Numbered from the stretch's first letter, positions 48,213 to 59,127 are shown. The stretch is DNA of 64,000 nt from Microgenomates group bacterium GW2011_GWC1_46_15 (GCA_001002285.1 LCLX01000003.1:76915-140914), one strand, 5' to 3'. The notes: generated by a model from the sequence alone, not told the origin. Made by a program: numbers and translations.

Positions 48213-50558
48213 ATGGACAAAATATTGATCGCGACGCGTCTCCGCAAAAAAATCCGCCCCATTGTTGCCCGTTTTCGAAAAATCATGCGGGGAAAGTATC
48301 GTATACACATTTTAGTTGGTTTTACCTTTATTGTTATTGCGCTTATTGGCGCCATCGTGTTCCGCGACCTCCCTTCTCCAACAAAACTCAAAAATAATCA
48401 GATATTTTCGATTAGTTCAAAAATATATGATCGCAACGGCGCGCTACTGTATGAGATTTACGAGGATAAAAACAGAACGCCGATTGTATTGAAAGATCTT
48501 CCACCGTATGTATACCAGGCTTCTATTGCAATTGAAGACCAGAATTTTTACAAACACATCGGGTTTGACGTATGGGGTATGTTCCGCGCCGCGCTCAACA
48601 CCGTATTCCGGCAAAAACTACAAGGTGGTTCAACGATTACACAACAGTTAGTTAAAACAACGCTATTAGACCGCCAAAGAACACTTACGCGGAAGGCAAA
48701 AGAGGCGGTTCTTACGGTTGCAAGTGAAGTCATTTACTCAAAACAAGACATTTTGGAAATGTATATGAATAATATTCCATACGGTGGCACCGCGTGGGGT
48801 ATTGAAGCGGCAGCACACACCTACTTTGATACAGACGCGCGCAACCTTTCGCTCGCCCAAGCAGCGTTGCTCGCCGGCTTGCCACAGTCACCCACCAGAT
48901 ACTCGCCGTTTGGAACAAATCCGCAGCTCGCAAAAGACCGCCAGCTTCAAGTCCTCCGCCGCATGGCAGAAGACAAATATATTACACAAGAACAAGCAGA
49001 TAAAGCGGGACAGGAGCCACTTGTGTATGCCATTTCAAAAACAAATATTAACGCTCCACACTTTGTCATGTATGTCCGCGATCAACTCGTGAATACGTAC
49101 GGTGAAACGGTGGTAGCGCGTGGTGGACTGCGGGTATATACAACGCTCGATCTTTCCTTGCACCAAGACGCGCAAGCTTCGCTTTCTGCCGAACTGACCA
49201 GATTGGACAAACGGAAATATAAAGTTGGAAACGGCGCGGCGCTCGTCACCTCTCCAAAGACCGGTGAAATTTTAGCAATGATTGGATCTCGCGATTTTTT
49301 TGATGCGACACACGACGGCCAAGTGAACATCACGTTGCGCGAACGCCAACCAGGAAGTTCAATTAAGCCGATTAATGTTGTAACTGGATTCCAGTTAAAA
49401 AAACTCACCCCCGGGACAATGATTCTTGATATTCCGACATGTTTTCTCGTGGGAGGCCAAGCGCAATACTGTCCAAAAAACTATGACGGAGTTGCGCACG
49501 GACCCGTACAAACGCGTTTCTTCCTTGGGAACTCATACAACATTCCTGAAATAAAGGTCATTTCCATGAACACGCTGGAAAGCGTTGTCGCAACCGCCTC
49601 TGCCATGGGCATCACAACATGGAAAGACCCGTCAAACTACGGGCTTTCTCTTGCGTTGGGCGGTGGTGAGGTGAAGATGGTGGACATGGCTGTGGCATTT
49701 GGAACGCTCGCGAACGAAGGAATAAAAGTTCCACTCCACTCTATTTTGAGGGTTGAGGATTTCCAAGGAAACGTGCTGGAACAGTACAAACCAGAAGAGA
49801 CCGTGGCGGTGGTTGATACCTTAACAGATCATCCTGATACCCCGAGTCTTGGAGAGGCGACCCGCGTTCTTGACCGGCAGCCAGCCTATCTTGTTTCGCA
49901 CATTTTATTGGATAACAGCGCGCGCGTTGGAGCGTTTGGTCCGTCTTCTGAACTGGTCATCCGCAACCAAGTTGTGAGCGCAAAAACTGGGACAACAAAC
50001 GATCTGCGGGATAACTGGACGATTGGGTACACGCCGGACTATGTGACAACGGTGTGGGTAGGAAATAATGACAACACACCAATGAACCAGGCACTTGTTT
50101 CTGGAATTACCGGTGCCGCACCAATCTGGAATGATATTATGTCGCGCGTGTTACGAGGGAAAAAACCAGTGTGGCCGGCACTTCCGCCAGACATTATAAG
50201 TAAAGAAATTTGTACCGTGTCCGGCCTTCTTCCTAACCCTGACGCGCAGTGTTCAACCCGTACCGAATTCTTTTGGAAAGGAACCGAGCCCACCACAATT
50301 GAAAATGTTTTCCGTGATACATGGATCGTTTCTACAACAGGTCTTCCACCAAAGGAGGGCGATCCCACAGATAATCTTGTCCTAGAGCGCCGCACACTTC
50401 TCTCCGATCCATTTACACATGATTTCTGCTTGGACTGCGTGCGACCAGTTGATGATAAAGGGAAAGTGGTGTATGAACAGCACATTGTTGATGTACAAAA
50501 ATACTATGCAGGATATGACGAACGACCCATCATTACCCCACCACCCAAACAACAATAA
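48213..50558 (+). CDS. Class A penicillin-binding protein (PBP1A family)
   Basis: EDQNFYKH, GGSTITQQ, RKAKE, SSIK, SYN, KTGT. Confidence 0.93.
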   Translation: MDKILIATRLRKKIRPIVARFRKIMRGKYRIHILVGFTFIVIALIGAIVFRDLPSPTKLKNNQIFSISSKIYDRNGALLYEIYEDKNRTPIVLKDLPPYVYQASIAIEDQNFYKHIGFDVWGMFRAALNTVFRQKLQGGSTITQQLVKTTLLDRQRTLTRKAKEAVLTVASEVIYSKQDILEMYMNNIPYGGTAWGIEAAAHTYFDTDARNLSLAQAALLAGLPQSPTRYSPFGTNPQLAKDRQLQVLRRMAEDKYITQEQADKAGQEPLVYAISKTNINAPHFVMYVRDQLVNTYGETVVARGGLRVYTTLDLSLHQDAQASLSAELTRLDKRKYKVGNGAALVTSPKTGEILAMIGSRDFFDATHDGQVNITLRERQPGSSIKPINVVTGFQLKKLTPGTMILDIPTCFLVGGQAQYCPKNYDGVAHGPVQTRFFLGNSYNIPEIKVISMNTLESVVATASAMGITTWKDPSNYGLSLALGGGEVKMVDMAVAFGTLANEGIKVPLHSILRVEDFQGNVLEQYKPEETVAVVDTLTDHPDTPSLGEATRVLDRQPAYLVSHILLDNSARVGAFGPSSELVIRNQVVSAKTGTTNDLRDNWTIGYTPDYVTTVWVGNNDNTPMNQALVSGITGAAPIWNDIMSRVLRGKKPVWPALPPDIISKEICTVSGLLPNPDAQCSTRTEFFWKGTEPTTIENVFRDTWIVSTTGLPPKEGDPTDNLVLERRTLLSDPFTHDFCLDCVRPVDDKGKVVYEQHIVDVQKYYAGYDERPIITPPPKQQ

Positions 50559-51753
50559 AAAAATTAGGATTCCAACATTGTTGGCTCTTTTTTTTATTGG
50601 CATTGGACTAGCGTTCGCAACATTTGCCGGAACACGCATATATACCCAATATATGACCGCAAAGATTTCCCCCATGGGGGTTTCGCAACAGACGCTCTCT
50701 CGCGCTCCATCCACGTTTTCTCAGCAGAAAAAAATTGTGTATGGTTTCCTCCCCTACTGGACAATAAAAACTGCACAAATTCCGCAAACATTGACGCACA
50801 TCGCATATTTTTCTTTGACCTTAGGAAAAAATGGATCATTTCTCACAAAACAAGATGGTGAGCTCGATCTCGGCTGGTATACATTCTCTTCCACCTCTCT
50901 CGAGGGTTTGCGGACGCTCATTAAAAATCAGCATCAAAAATTAGACGTGGTTATTACGATGATGGATGCCGATGAGATCTCTGCATTCCTTTCTGATGCA
51001 CGAGCACAACAAACAGCAATCACAAACATTAAAACGCTTATAAAAACACAACCCATTAACGGCATCAATATTGACATTGAGTACGCTGGAACTGTTACTC
51101 CTGGGTTACGGAAACAGTTCTCTTCATTTATGCAGTCTCTGTCACAAGAAATCAAACGACTCGACCCAACGATAGAACTTTCTGTTGACGTGTTCGCGGA
51201 TGCGGCAATCAAAGAAAGAATTTGGGATATCCCCGCACTCGCAAACTCAGTGAACTATATCGTGGTAATGGCATATGACTTTTTTCGCAGTTCATCCATC
51301 CAATCCGGGCCTGTTGCCCCTCTTTTTGGCAGCGAGAAAAACCGGTGGGACACTGATATCGCGCAGAATCTCAAAGCATATCTTGATCTCGTTCCTCCAG
51401 AACGCATTTTACTTGGCATTCCTTTTTATGGATACGAGTGGCAAACAACCTCAAGTGATCCGGGCGCGCTTACATATCCAAAAAGTGGTGGGCTCGCGAC
51501 ATACAAGCGCGTGCGCAAGTTGATTGATGATCTTGGACTCCGCGAGCAGTGGGACTCCGATGCGTTTTCTCCATATCTTTCGTATGAGGAGAATGGAAAA
51601 ACACAAATGATTTATTATGAAAACTCGCGGTCGCTCTCGTACAAACTCGATTTAGTAAATCAGGCTGAGTTTGGTGGTATCGCAATTTGGGCATTGGGAT
51701 ATGATGGTGAAAATCCGGAGTTGTGGACGGTGATTCAGCAGAAATTTAAGTAG
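50515..51753 (+). CDS. Glycoside hydrolase family 18
   Basis: NGINIDIE, VMAYD, LGIPFYG, GIAIWALG; N-terminal TM. Confidence 0.88.
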   Translation: MTNDPSLPHHPNNNKKIRIPTLLALFFIGIGLAFATFAGTRIYTQYMTAKISPMGVSQQTLSRAPSTFSQQKKIVYGFLPYWTIKTAQIPQTLTHIAYFSLTLGKNGSFLTKQDGELDLGWYTFSSTSLEGLRTLIKNQHQKLDVVITMMDADEISAFLSDARAQQTAITNIKTLIKTQPINGINIDIEYAGTVTPGLRKQFSSFMQSLSQEIKRLDPTIELSVDVFADAAIKERIWDIPALANSVNYIVVMAYDFFRSSSIQSGPVAPLFGSEKNRWDTDIAQNLKAYLDLVPPERILLGIPFYGYEWQTTSSDPGALTYPKSGGLATYKRVRKLIDDLGLREQWDSDAFSPYLSYEENGKTQMIYYENSRSLSYKLDLVNQAEFGGIAIWALGYDGENPELWTVIQQKFK

Positions 51754-51864
51754 GCGCGTCCGCATAGAGAGTGAAGTTTTTCTTTCAATCTGGCTAACTC
51801 AAAATATTCCTGATACAATCGCGCAAATTGCATAACTTCTAAAAAGGTTTAAAAAGACAAACTC

Positions 51865-54255
51865 ATGAGAAAAAAACCAAATCAATCATTCAATACTAGA
51901 GCTTTTTTCTTTTCTCTTCTCCGCTTTCCGTTGAGCATCCTCGTATTTTTTGGCCGACCCTTTTACTATGCATGTACATTTCTCCTGCTCTATATCTATG
52001 CGTTTAGCATCATTTCTGTTCCCACATTATGGGAGCAATTGAAACAAAAAATTCCCAAAAAGGGAAAAGTTCCGCGGAAACCCCCTGAGCTCGTTTTGCG
52101 CTTTCCCTCGCTTTCTCCATCCGCGTTACTGCGTGGAACACCCACCGTCATGTACTCTGGTATTGCGGCGATTTTTATGCTTACCGCGCTCACCACATTT
52201 TCATATTTTTATATTTTCAAAGACTTACCTTCTCCAAAAGAACTCATCACGCGCAAACAAATTCTCACAACAAAAATATATGACCGTAATCACGTGGTGT
52301 TGTACAAAATGTTTAAAGACGAAAACCGTACACTTGTTCCGCTTTCTACTGTTCCCATTCCACTTCAGCAGGCAACTATCGCAATTGAGGATAAAGATTT
52401 TTACGCGCATGGGGGGTTTTCTCTTCGCGGTATCGCGCGGGCAATGGTGGCGAATATTCAAGGGAAAAAAATTGAAGGCGGTTCAACAATTACACAACAA
52501 CTCATTAAAAATACTCTGCTTACACCAGAAAAAACATTACGGAGAAAAATCCGCGAAGTCATTCTTTCTGTGATGGTTGAAGCAATGGTTAACAAAGAAA
52601 AGATTTTGGAAATGTATTTTAACGAAGTATCGTATGGTGGATCAGTCTATGGCGTAGAAGAAGCGAGCCGCCGGTACTTTGATAAAAGCGTCCGCGATCT
52701 TTCGTTAGCAGAAAGCGCGTACCTCGCGGGGCTTCCTCAAGCACCAAGCGCGTTTTCTCCGTTTGGGCCAACGCCAGAGCTTGGGTTTACACGCCAACAA
52801 CAAGTGCTTCAACGCATGGTTGAAGACGGATACATTACGCAAGAACACGCTACAAAAGCAAGTGAAGAAAAGTTGGTGTTCCGCGCGGATATTAATGATA
52901 TTAAAGCGCCACACTTTGTGATGTATGTGCGCGATCTTCTTGCAAAACAGTTTGGCGAAGACACTGTTTCTCAAGGTGGCTTAGAAGTCGTCACAACATT
53001 GGATTACGGGGTTCAGCAAGCAGCGGAAAAGGCAGTAGATCAAGAGATGGCACGTGTGCAAAGATTCCACATTACGAATGGCGCAACGCTCGTGACAAAT
53101 CCAAAAGACGGGGAAATTCTTGCTATGGTGGGAAGCCGCAACTACTTCGATATCGCGCGTGACGGTCAAGTGAACGTCACAATCCGGCCAAGACAACCAG
53201 GAAGTTCGATCAAGCCGCTCACCTACGCCACCGCGTTTGAGCACGGCTTTACTCCATCAACAATTTTGGATGACTCTCCTGTGACATACACCACGATTGG
53301 TTCACCTCCATACTCGCCAAAAAATTACGACGGAGCGTTCCATGGAAAAGTCCCCGTGCGCATTGCGCTTGCGAGTTCATACAACATTCCAGCGGTCAAA
53401 ACGCTTGCGACGATCGGTATTAAAACAGTGGTGGAAAAAGCGCGGGAGATGGGAATTACGACTTGGGAAGATCAGCGCGCGTCACAGTTTGGTTTATCGC
53501 TCACACTTGGCGGAGGAGAGGTCAAGATGACCGATATGGCAATGTTGTATGGGACGTTTGCAAACAACGGAATGTCTGTTCCACTCAATCCATTTTTGCT
53601 GATTAAAAACGCGAAGGGCGAGGTATTGTACAAGAATCCCTGCCCAGCCGATCCACAAACCAACCCATGCGGTGGCAAACGCTCGTTAGATCCCCGTATT
53701 GCGTACCAAATCACAAACATTTTGGCGGATAACGCGGCGCGTGCGCCGGCATTTGGCATGAACTCCGTCCTTACTATCCAAAAACAGCAAGTCGCGGTAA
53801 AAACCGGCACAACAAACAGCATGCGGGATAACTGGACACTCGGGTACACAACAAACAGGCTCGTGGCAGTATGGGTTGGGAACAACGACAACTCTCCAAT
53901 GAGTTATGTTGCCTCAGGAATCACTGGAGCATCGCCGATTTGGAACGCGGTCATGCGTAGCCTTCTTGATGAAACGCGTCCACACACATTTGGATCTGCT
54001 CCCGATGGGTTAATAAAAAAGCGTATCTGCGTTCCCACGGGCACCCTATCGTGTCAGGCGTGTCCTGTTCAGCGTGATGACTACTTTATTCTCGGAACAG
54101 AGCCAAAAACTGCATGCAAAAATGAGACGTTTGCACCACCAGAACAACCTCCCGCTGATGGTACACAGAATCAAACACCGCCCACTCCACAACCACGGAA
54201 TATTCAACCACTCCCAAGAAATACTATTCTCGACGGGGCAACAACAGGCCAATAG
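51865..54255 (+). CDS. Class A penicillin-binding protein, second paralog
   Basis: EDKDFYAH, GGSTITQQ, RKIRE, SSIK, SYN, KTGT. Confidence 0.93.
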   Translation: MRKKPNQSFNTRAFFFSLLRFPLSILVFFGRPFYYACTFLLLYIYAFSIISVPTLWEQLKQKIPKKGKVPRKPPELVLRFPSLSPSALLRGTPTVMYSGIAAIFMLTALTTFSYFYIFKDLPSPKELITRKQILTTKIYDRNHVVLYKMFKDENRTLVPLSTVPIPLQQATIAIEDKDFYAHGGFSLRGIARAMVANIQGKKIEGGSTITQQLIKNTLLTPEKTLRRKIREVILSVMVEAMVNKEKILEMYFNEVSYGGSVYGVEEASRRYFDKSVRDLSLAESAYLAGLPQAPSAFSPFGPTPELGFTRQQQVLQRMVEDGYITQEHATKASEEKLVFRADINDIKAPHFVMYVRDLLAKQFGEDTVSQGGLEVVTTLDYGVQQAAEKAVDQEMARVQRFHITNGATLVTNPKDGEILAMVGSRNYFDIARDGQVNVTIRPRQPGSSIKPLTYATAFEHGFTPSTILDDSPVTYTTIGSPPYSPKNYDGAFHGKVPVRIALASSYNIPAVKTLATIGIKTVVEKAREMGITTWEDQRASQFGLSLTLGGGEVKMTDMAMLYGTFANNGMSVPLNPFLLIKNAKGEVLYKNPCPADPQTNPCGGKRSLDPRIAYQITNILADNAARAPAFGMNSVLTIQKQQVAVKTGTTNSMRDNWTLGYTTNRLVAVWVGNNDNSPMSYVASGITGASPIWNAVMRSLLDETRPHTFGSAPDGLIKKRICVPTGTLSCQACPVQRDDYFILGTEPKTACKNETFAPPEQPPADGTQNQTPPTPQPRNIQPLPRNTILDGATTGQ

Positions 54256-54463
54256 AAATGTGCGTTAGTTGGTTTTATTAGTTTGTTTGCAAGCTCCAAA
54301 AGTAGTACGAAAACAGTACACTCAGAAAAAATAGCGCAAACACGACCCACTGGCCGCGTTTCGCGCGTTCTTCATCACGCACAATAATCTTGCGTGGATT
54401 TTGCTTTGTTTTTTCCTTTTCATTCTTTATTTCTTTTTTTGCCATATATGTAACCTTACTTAT

Positions 54464-55159
54464 TTAGCTTTGTTGAAGCGTCTTTACCCGCTTTTCTATT
54501 ATATCCACAACTTCATCAATGGTCAGCGGACTCGTGTCCAATACCCAAGCGCCCTCTACAATATGCAGTGGATCAACATCACGGTGCATGTCTCGGTTAT
54601 CGCGTTCCTGAATATCGCGCAGAACATCTTTGTATGATGTATCCGTCCCGCGGGTGAGGAGTTCCGAGTGTCTCCGTTTTGCACGTACCTCAAGTGTCGC
54701 GTCCAGATAAATTTTTAACTGGGCTTCGGGAAGAACGCGAAACGTAATATCTCTCCCCTCCATCACCACGTCTGTTGTTCTCGCGATGTTCCTTTGTTGT
54801 TCAACCAATACTTTACGAACATGTTGAAACTGCGACACAATAGACGATCCCCTACTCATCTCTTCTGTGCGGATTGCCCAAGAAACGTCTTCTCCATCTA
54901 ATAATACGGTGATTTGGCGGCCATCTTTTTCATTTTCTAATGGATTACGCAACGTGATCGTGTGTTTTCCAAGCATTTCGACGAGTTTTGCTTCGTCATT
55001 CCAGTCAACGCCCTGCTGTTTTGCCAATAACGCCGTTGTGCGGTACATCGCGCCAGTATCAACATAGAGAAAACCAAGTCTTGAGGCGAGAAGACGCGCC
55101 ACCGTGCCTTTTCCGGCCGCAACGGGACCATCAATTGCTATCTGCAGTGGCATATCCAC
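54464..55159 (-). CDS. cmk: Cytidylate kinase (bacterial type)
   Basis: IAIDGPVAAGKGT, DTGAMYR, MEGRDI, RDNRD. Confidence 0.93.
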   Translation of the reverse strand: MDMPLQIAIDGPVAAGKGTVARLLASRLGFLYVDTGAMYRTTALLAKQQGVDWNDEAKLVEMLGKHTITLRNPLENEKDGRQITVLLDGEDVSWAIRTEEMSRGSSIVSQFQHVRKVLVEQQRNIARTTDVVMEGRDITFRVLPEAQLKIYLDATLEVRAKRRHSELLTRGTDTSYKDVLRDIQERDNRDMHRDVDPLHIVEGAWVLDTSPLTIDEVVDIIEKRVKTLQQS

Positions 55160-55170
55160 CCCTCATTCAT

Positions 55171-55395
55171 TTATCTGCGTCTTTTTGAAGACTTCTTCGA
55201 TGGTGTGCTACCCATCCGGCAATTCTCACAGCTTCCGGAAAGTCCAACGAGTCCGATAACCACAAGCACAACTGGCCAGAACTTCCACAACCCCGCTGGG
55301 AGTACGCCAATGTTGACCATCATAACTAAAACACCGACAAAAATAAGTGTCAGTGGCCAAAACAATGTACTATTGTACCCGCAATTTCCACACAT
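55171..55395 (-). CDS. Small membrane protein (LiaI/DUF5668-like)
   Basis: WKFWPVVLVVIG; AGGAGG RBS. Confidence 0.6.
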   Translation of the reverse strand: MCGNCGYNSTLFWPLTLIFVGVLVMMVNIGVLPAGLWKFWPVVLVVIGLVGLSGSCENCRMGSTPSKKSSKRRR

Positions 55396-55446
55396 AATTC
55401 CTCCTTTTACCTTCGCGTCTGCGAATGGACAGTATTTGTATATTCA

Positions 55447-56406
55447 CTATAGCAAGGGTGGGGTGGGATTCGCAAGATCAATAGAGGAGAGCAGTCCCTT
55501 TTTCGCCCCCATCTGTTGAACCACCGCGGCCGCTTCTTCCTTCCCCATCTCAATTGCTTCAACCAATGTTTTTTCTTTTAACAAGCCTGCGATACATCCA
55601 CTCGCGAACGCATCACCCGCACCAGTTTCCTGCACAACTTTGACCTCTTTTGCAGAATACTCAGAACATTTTCCATCAACACAGTACTTCCCGCCGTTTT
55701 TTCCGTCCGTCACAATGCTTATGTGCGGGCCAACAATACACCATTCAGACTTCCAGTCGCTTTCCTGCGTTAAATCTTTTCCTAACACCATGCCTGCTTC
55801 TTTCCGATTGATGAATAACACGCGGACAGCCGACAAATCTGGTTTGAGCTCACCACTCTTTATGCGTTCCAACTCCCAGTTTCCCGGGTTCCAACTCAAG
55901 GGCACTTGGTGTTCTTTACACCATGTTAGCGTGTTCGTCATAAGTTCAGCGTTTCCAACCGAAGACAAATGAATCCACTTGGTTTGTAACGTATCCCACC
56001 TCACATCAGTACCCTCAAGCATGCGGGAAGCACCGCGGTACACTAGGGCGGTGCGCGCACCATCCTGCGAAATAAGTAAGGCAGAAATCGCGGTATGTTC
56101 CCCTGAAACTTTTACTACCTGCGAAACATCTACTTTGGCGTCTGTTAAGTCCTTCATGACAGTCTGACCCGCAACATCGTCACCAATTTCAGTAATGCAC
56201 GATGATGAAAAACCCAGTTTAGCCAACGCAACCGCGACATTTGTTGCCGCCCCACCACTGGAAATCTCGGCGTGTTCGACATCAAGTTTTTCGTTGTACA
56301 CCTCACACAACGCGGTTGAACCATCTTTTTCAATCAACTTAAATTGAGAAGATTGAAAGAAAATATCGAGTGTTGCTCCGCCAATTGTTACGATATCAAA
56401 CATCAT
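55447..56406 (-). CDS. PfkB family carbohydrate kinase
   Basis: GGAATN, NRKEA, ETGAGDAF. Confidence 0.9.
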   Translation of the reverse strand: MMFDIVTIGGATLDIFFQSSQFKLIEKDGSTALCEVYNEKLDVEHAEISSGGAATNVAVALAKLGFSSSCITEIGDDVAGQTVMKDLTDAKVDVSQVVKVSGEHTAISALLISQDGARTALVYRGASRMLEGTDVRWDTLQTKWIHLSSVGNAELMTNTLTWCKEHQVPLSWNPGNWELERIKSGELKPDLSAVRVLFINRKEAGMVLGKDLTQESDWKSEWCIVGPHISIVTDGKNGGKYCVDGKCSEYSAKEVKVVQETGAGDAFASGCIAGLLKEKTLVEAIEMGKEEAAAVVQQMGAKKGLLSSIDLANPTPPLL

Positions 56407-56427
56407 TTCCCTTCATTTTCACTTTTC

Positions 56428-57084
56428 TTATGTTGCGCTGTTGTGATTCATCGCAGAAAATTCCGCATCAAACATCCTAAACGCATCCACCACTTCCTGC
56501 GGCGTGGTCGCGATGCGGAACACGTCTTTTTCGTTCCCACGCATCATCATGTTTTCCGTAATAACATCAACAATCTTGTGCCAAAATGCCCCGTACAGCA
56601 CAAACGGCTTGTGGTGGCCATAATAGAGCCGCGCCATGACCCATGCCGTTCCGAGTTCCGAAATTGTTCCCGTACCACCGTTAAAAATAACGTACGCGTC
56701 TCCGTGTTCCATCAGCTTAAACATACGTTCGATGTAGTTTTGCGTAATGATTTCTGTACCCGCGATGTTCCCAACATACCGCCCCTCAAAACCCGGGGCA
56801 TCTTGTGGGTAAAACGTCACCGCGATTGTTTCTCCACGCACCGCTTGCGCGCCTTTTGTCGCGGCGTCCATCACGCCTGGTCCACCGCCGTCCACAATCG
56901 TCATACCTTGGCTCGCTAAAACTTTTGCAACCTCAAACGCCTCTTTATATAGTGGTGAGTCTGGTTTGGCATCTGCGAATCCAAAAAATGCGACGTTATG
57001 GATTTTTTTCATGAGCTGGTAGTGTTCTTCGCGCGAGTTCTCCGCGCGATCGTGTAGGACGTGGACTGATTTTGTTGGTTTCAT
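56428..57084 (-). CDS. LOG/SLOG family nucleotide phosphoribohydrolase
   Basis: GGGPGVM, GGTGTISE. Confidence 0.85.
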   Translation of the reverse strand: MKPTKSVHVLHDRAENSREEHYQLMKKIHNVAFFGFADAKPDSPLYKEAFEVAKVLASQGMTIVDGGGPGVMDAATKGAQAVRGETIAVTFYPQDAPGFEGRYVGNIAGTEIITQNYIERMFKLMEHGDAYVIFNGGTGTISELGTAWVMARLYYGHHKPFVLYGAFWHKIVDVITENMMMRGNEKDVFRIATTPQEVVDAFRMFDAEFSAMNHNSAT

Positions 57085-57102
57085 ATGTTTTCCTCTATGT
57101 TT

Positions 57103-57750
57103 CTACGATAGCACAGTCAGCTGATGAAGTGCTTCATATATATCTTGTGCTTTCCACAAAAAACTGCCGACGGCAAGCGACTCTGCCCCAGCTTTTTTGC
57201 ACAAAAGCGCGGTTTCCGGACGAATTCCACCATCAACGCTGATTTCAAACGACAAACTTTCTGCAATTTTTTTCTGTTTGGCATGTTGAATTTTTTCCAA
57301 CGCACTTTCTTCAAATTTTTCTCCTTGAAATCCCGCGTGAATTGTCATAATTTGCAGAACGTCAATATTTTTCCAGCTTTCTGTATCAACCGCAACAAGC
57401 GGTGTATACAGATCGAGTGAGAGACCAACGCGCCACCCAAAACTTTTAACGTGCTCGATAAACGCCGCTTGTGAAGACATACGCTCAACTTGCGCAATCA
57501 CTGTCCGCATACCCCGCAACTCTTGGCACTCCACAACATCGTTGATTGGATCAACCGTTTGCAAATGGACATCAATGGACAACCCTTTCCAGTCCAGTGT
57601 CTGGGCGTCAACCGGAGTACATGTGATGTTATCAACAAACTCGCCATCCATAATATCAAGCTGAATCACGGAAACTTCTCCTGCAACAAGATTAATTTGG
57701 TGTTGGGCGAGTTTGAGCGAGTCGGTCAAAATTGTCGGGTAAATATTCAT
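57103..57750 (-). CDS. rpe: Ribulose-phosphate 3-epimerase
   Basis: DIMDGEFV, DVHL, GFQG, VDGGI, VGS. Confidence 0.88.
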   Translation of the reverse strand: MNIYPTILTDSLKLAQHQINLVAGEVSVIQLDIMDGEFVDNITCTPVDAQTLDWKGLSIDVHLQTVDPINDVVECQELRGMRTVIAQVERMSSQAAFIEHVKSFGWRVGLSLDLYTPLVAVDTESWKNIDVLQIMTIHAGFQGEKFEESALEKIQHAKQKKIAESLSFEISVDGGIRPETALLCKKAGAESLAVGSFLWKAQDIYEALHQLTVLS

Positions 57751-57751
57751 G

Positions 57752-58183
57752 TTATACATCAAGCATCGCTATCCTGTGCACATGGCGCTCTTCTCCAGAA
57801 AATGGTGTTTCGAGAAATGTTTTGATGATTGTTTTTGCCTGATTCTCGTTGAGCCAATCCGCGGCAAGTGAAAGGATATTTGCGTTGTTTTTTTTGCGCG
57901 CGAGAAGCGCGGACTCAACCGTTGTGCAGTCAACCGCGCGGACTCCTTTCAACCGATTCGCCGCTATCGCCATGCCTCCACCGCTCCGGCAAAACAGCAC
58001 CGCTTTTCCATCAGGATCAGCGAGTACTTTTTTTGCTGCGGAAGTAGCAAAGGCTGGATAGTCATCTCCTGGATCCAGCGTTAACGCGCCAACGTCTTCG
58101 TATGGGACTCCCCACTCACCAAGCCATAACTTTGCTTTTTCTTTAAGTGCAAAACCGCCGTGATCAGCTCCTAGGAATACCAT
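57752..58183 (-). CDS. rpiB: Ribose-5-phosphate isomerase B
   Basis: GADHGG, DDYP, CRSGGG, NNANIL, RH..RI. Confidence 0.9.
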   Translation of the reverse strand: MVFLGADHGGFALKEKAKLWLGEWGVPYEDVGALTLDPGDDYPAFATSAAKKVLADPDGKAVLFCRSGGGMAIAANRLKGVRAVDCTTVESALLARKKNNANILSLAADWLNENQAKTIIKTFLETPFSGEERHVHRIAMLDV

Positions 58184-58207
58184 AAGTACATGCTCCATTA
58201 TGCGTTT

Positions 58208-58615
58208 TTACTCGACGATCAACTTGCCTTCCATCCCCATCTTCCGGTGATTACCAACGGAACAAAAGTATGCGAATGTTCCTGCCGTGTCTGTTGGAAC
58301 ATCAATGTCCTGTGTTTGTCCTTCACCAATCACGTCTGTTTGTGCATTAAGACCTTCAAACACAATGTTGTGTTTTCCTTCAGTATTCACGAAATGAATC
58401 GTCAATTTTTCTCCTTTTTTGATACGGATTTCTTGCTTGTCATATGAAAAGTTTACGGCGGAAACCGTGATCACTTTCCCTTGCGTTGATGTTTGCACCG
58501 ACATTCGCGTTGGCGGTGTGGCGGGAGAAGAAGATTTTCGCTGTGTTTGTGAAAATAAAAGGTATCCACCCAATGCCAATCCCGCAACGGCAACAAACAA
58601 AAGAGTTTTTTTCAT
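58208..58615 (-). CDS. Cupredoxin-domain protein
   Basis: HN..YFCSVGNHRKMGM type 1 copper ligands. Confidence 0.85.
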   Translation of the reverse strand: MKKTLLFVAVAGLALGGYLLFSQTQRKSSSPATPPTRMSVQTSTQGKVITVSAVNFSYDKQEIRIKKGEKLTIHFVNTEGKHNIVFEGLNAQTDVIGEGQTQDIDVPTDTAGTFAYFCSVGNHRKMGMEGKLIVE

Positions 58616-58670
58616 AACGATCCTCTATATAGGAATATCTTTATTTAGTGTAACGTATGTCACACCCGCG

Positions 58671-59018
58671 TTACAACCCAAGGTGCGCGCGCGTTTCTGG
58701 GTTCATCATGTCGATGATCCACGGCGGATCAAACGTAAGTTCTATCGTGATATCGCGGTCACTATCAATCTCTGGAATATCTTTAAACGCATCCTTTACC
58801 ATGTGATCAAACATTGCCGCTAACGGGCATCCTGGAGTCGTCAGTGTCATAAGAATGTGGATATGATCGCGAAGACCTTCGGGCGTTTGGGTAGGTGAAA
58901 TAGAAACGTCGTAGATCAATCCCAAATCTACAATACTCACATGAAGCTCGGGGTCGAGAATTTCATGAAGAAGTTCCATGACTTTTTCTTTTGTCATAGA
59001 TGTGTGTTTCTTTTCCAT
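58671..59018 (-). CDS. DUF59/SufT metal-sulfur cluster assembly factor
   Basis: DPEL..SIVDLGLIY..MTLTTPGCP..FDPPW. Confidence 0.9.
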   Translation of the reverse strand: MEKKHTSMTKEKVMELLHEILDPELHVSIVDLGLIYDVSISPTQTPEGLRDHIHILMTLTTPGCPLAAMFDHMVKDAFKDIPEIDSDRDITIELTFDPPWIIDMMNPETRAHLGL

Positions 59019-59070
59019 ATCGCGTATTGTACCGCATACCAAAGTCCCCCTTCGGAGGACTCTCCTAGAT

Positions 59071-59102
59071 AAATAAAAAGGACCCTCCTTACGGAGGGCC
59101 CC
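59071..59102 (-). terminator. Rho-independent terminator
   Basis: CCCTCC/GGAGGG stem with U-tract on the minus strand; second hairpin at 59043-59061. Confidence 0.65.
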
Positions 59103-59127
59103 ATTATTTCACATTAAAAAGAAAGGT

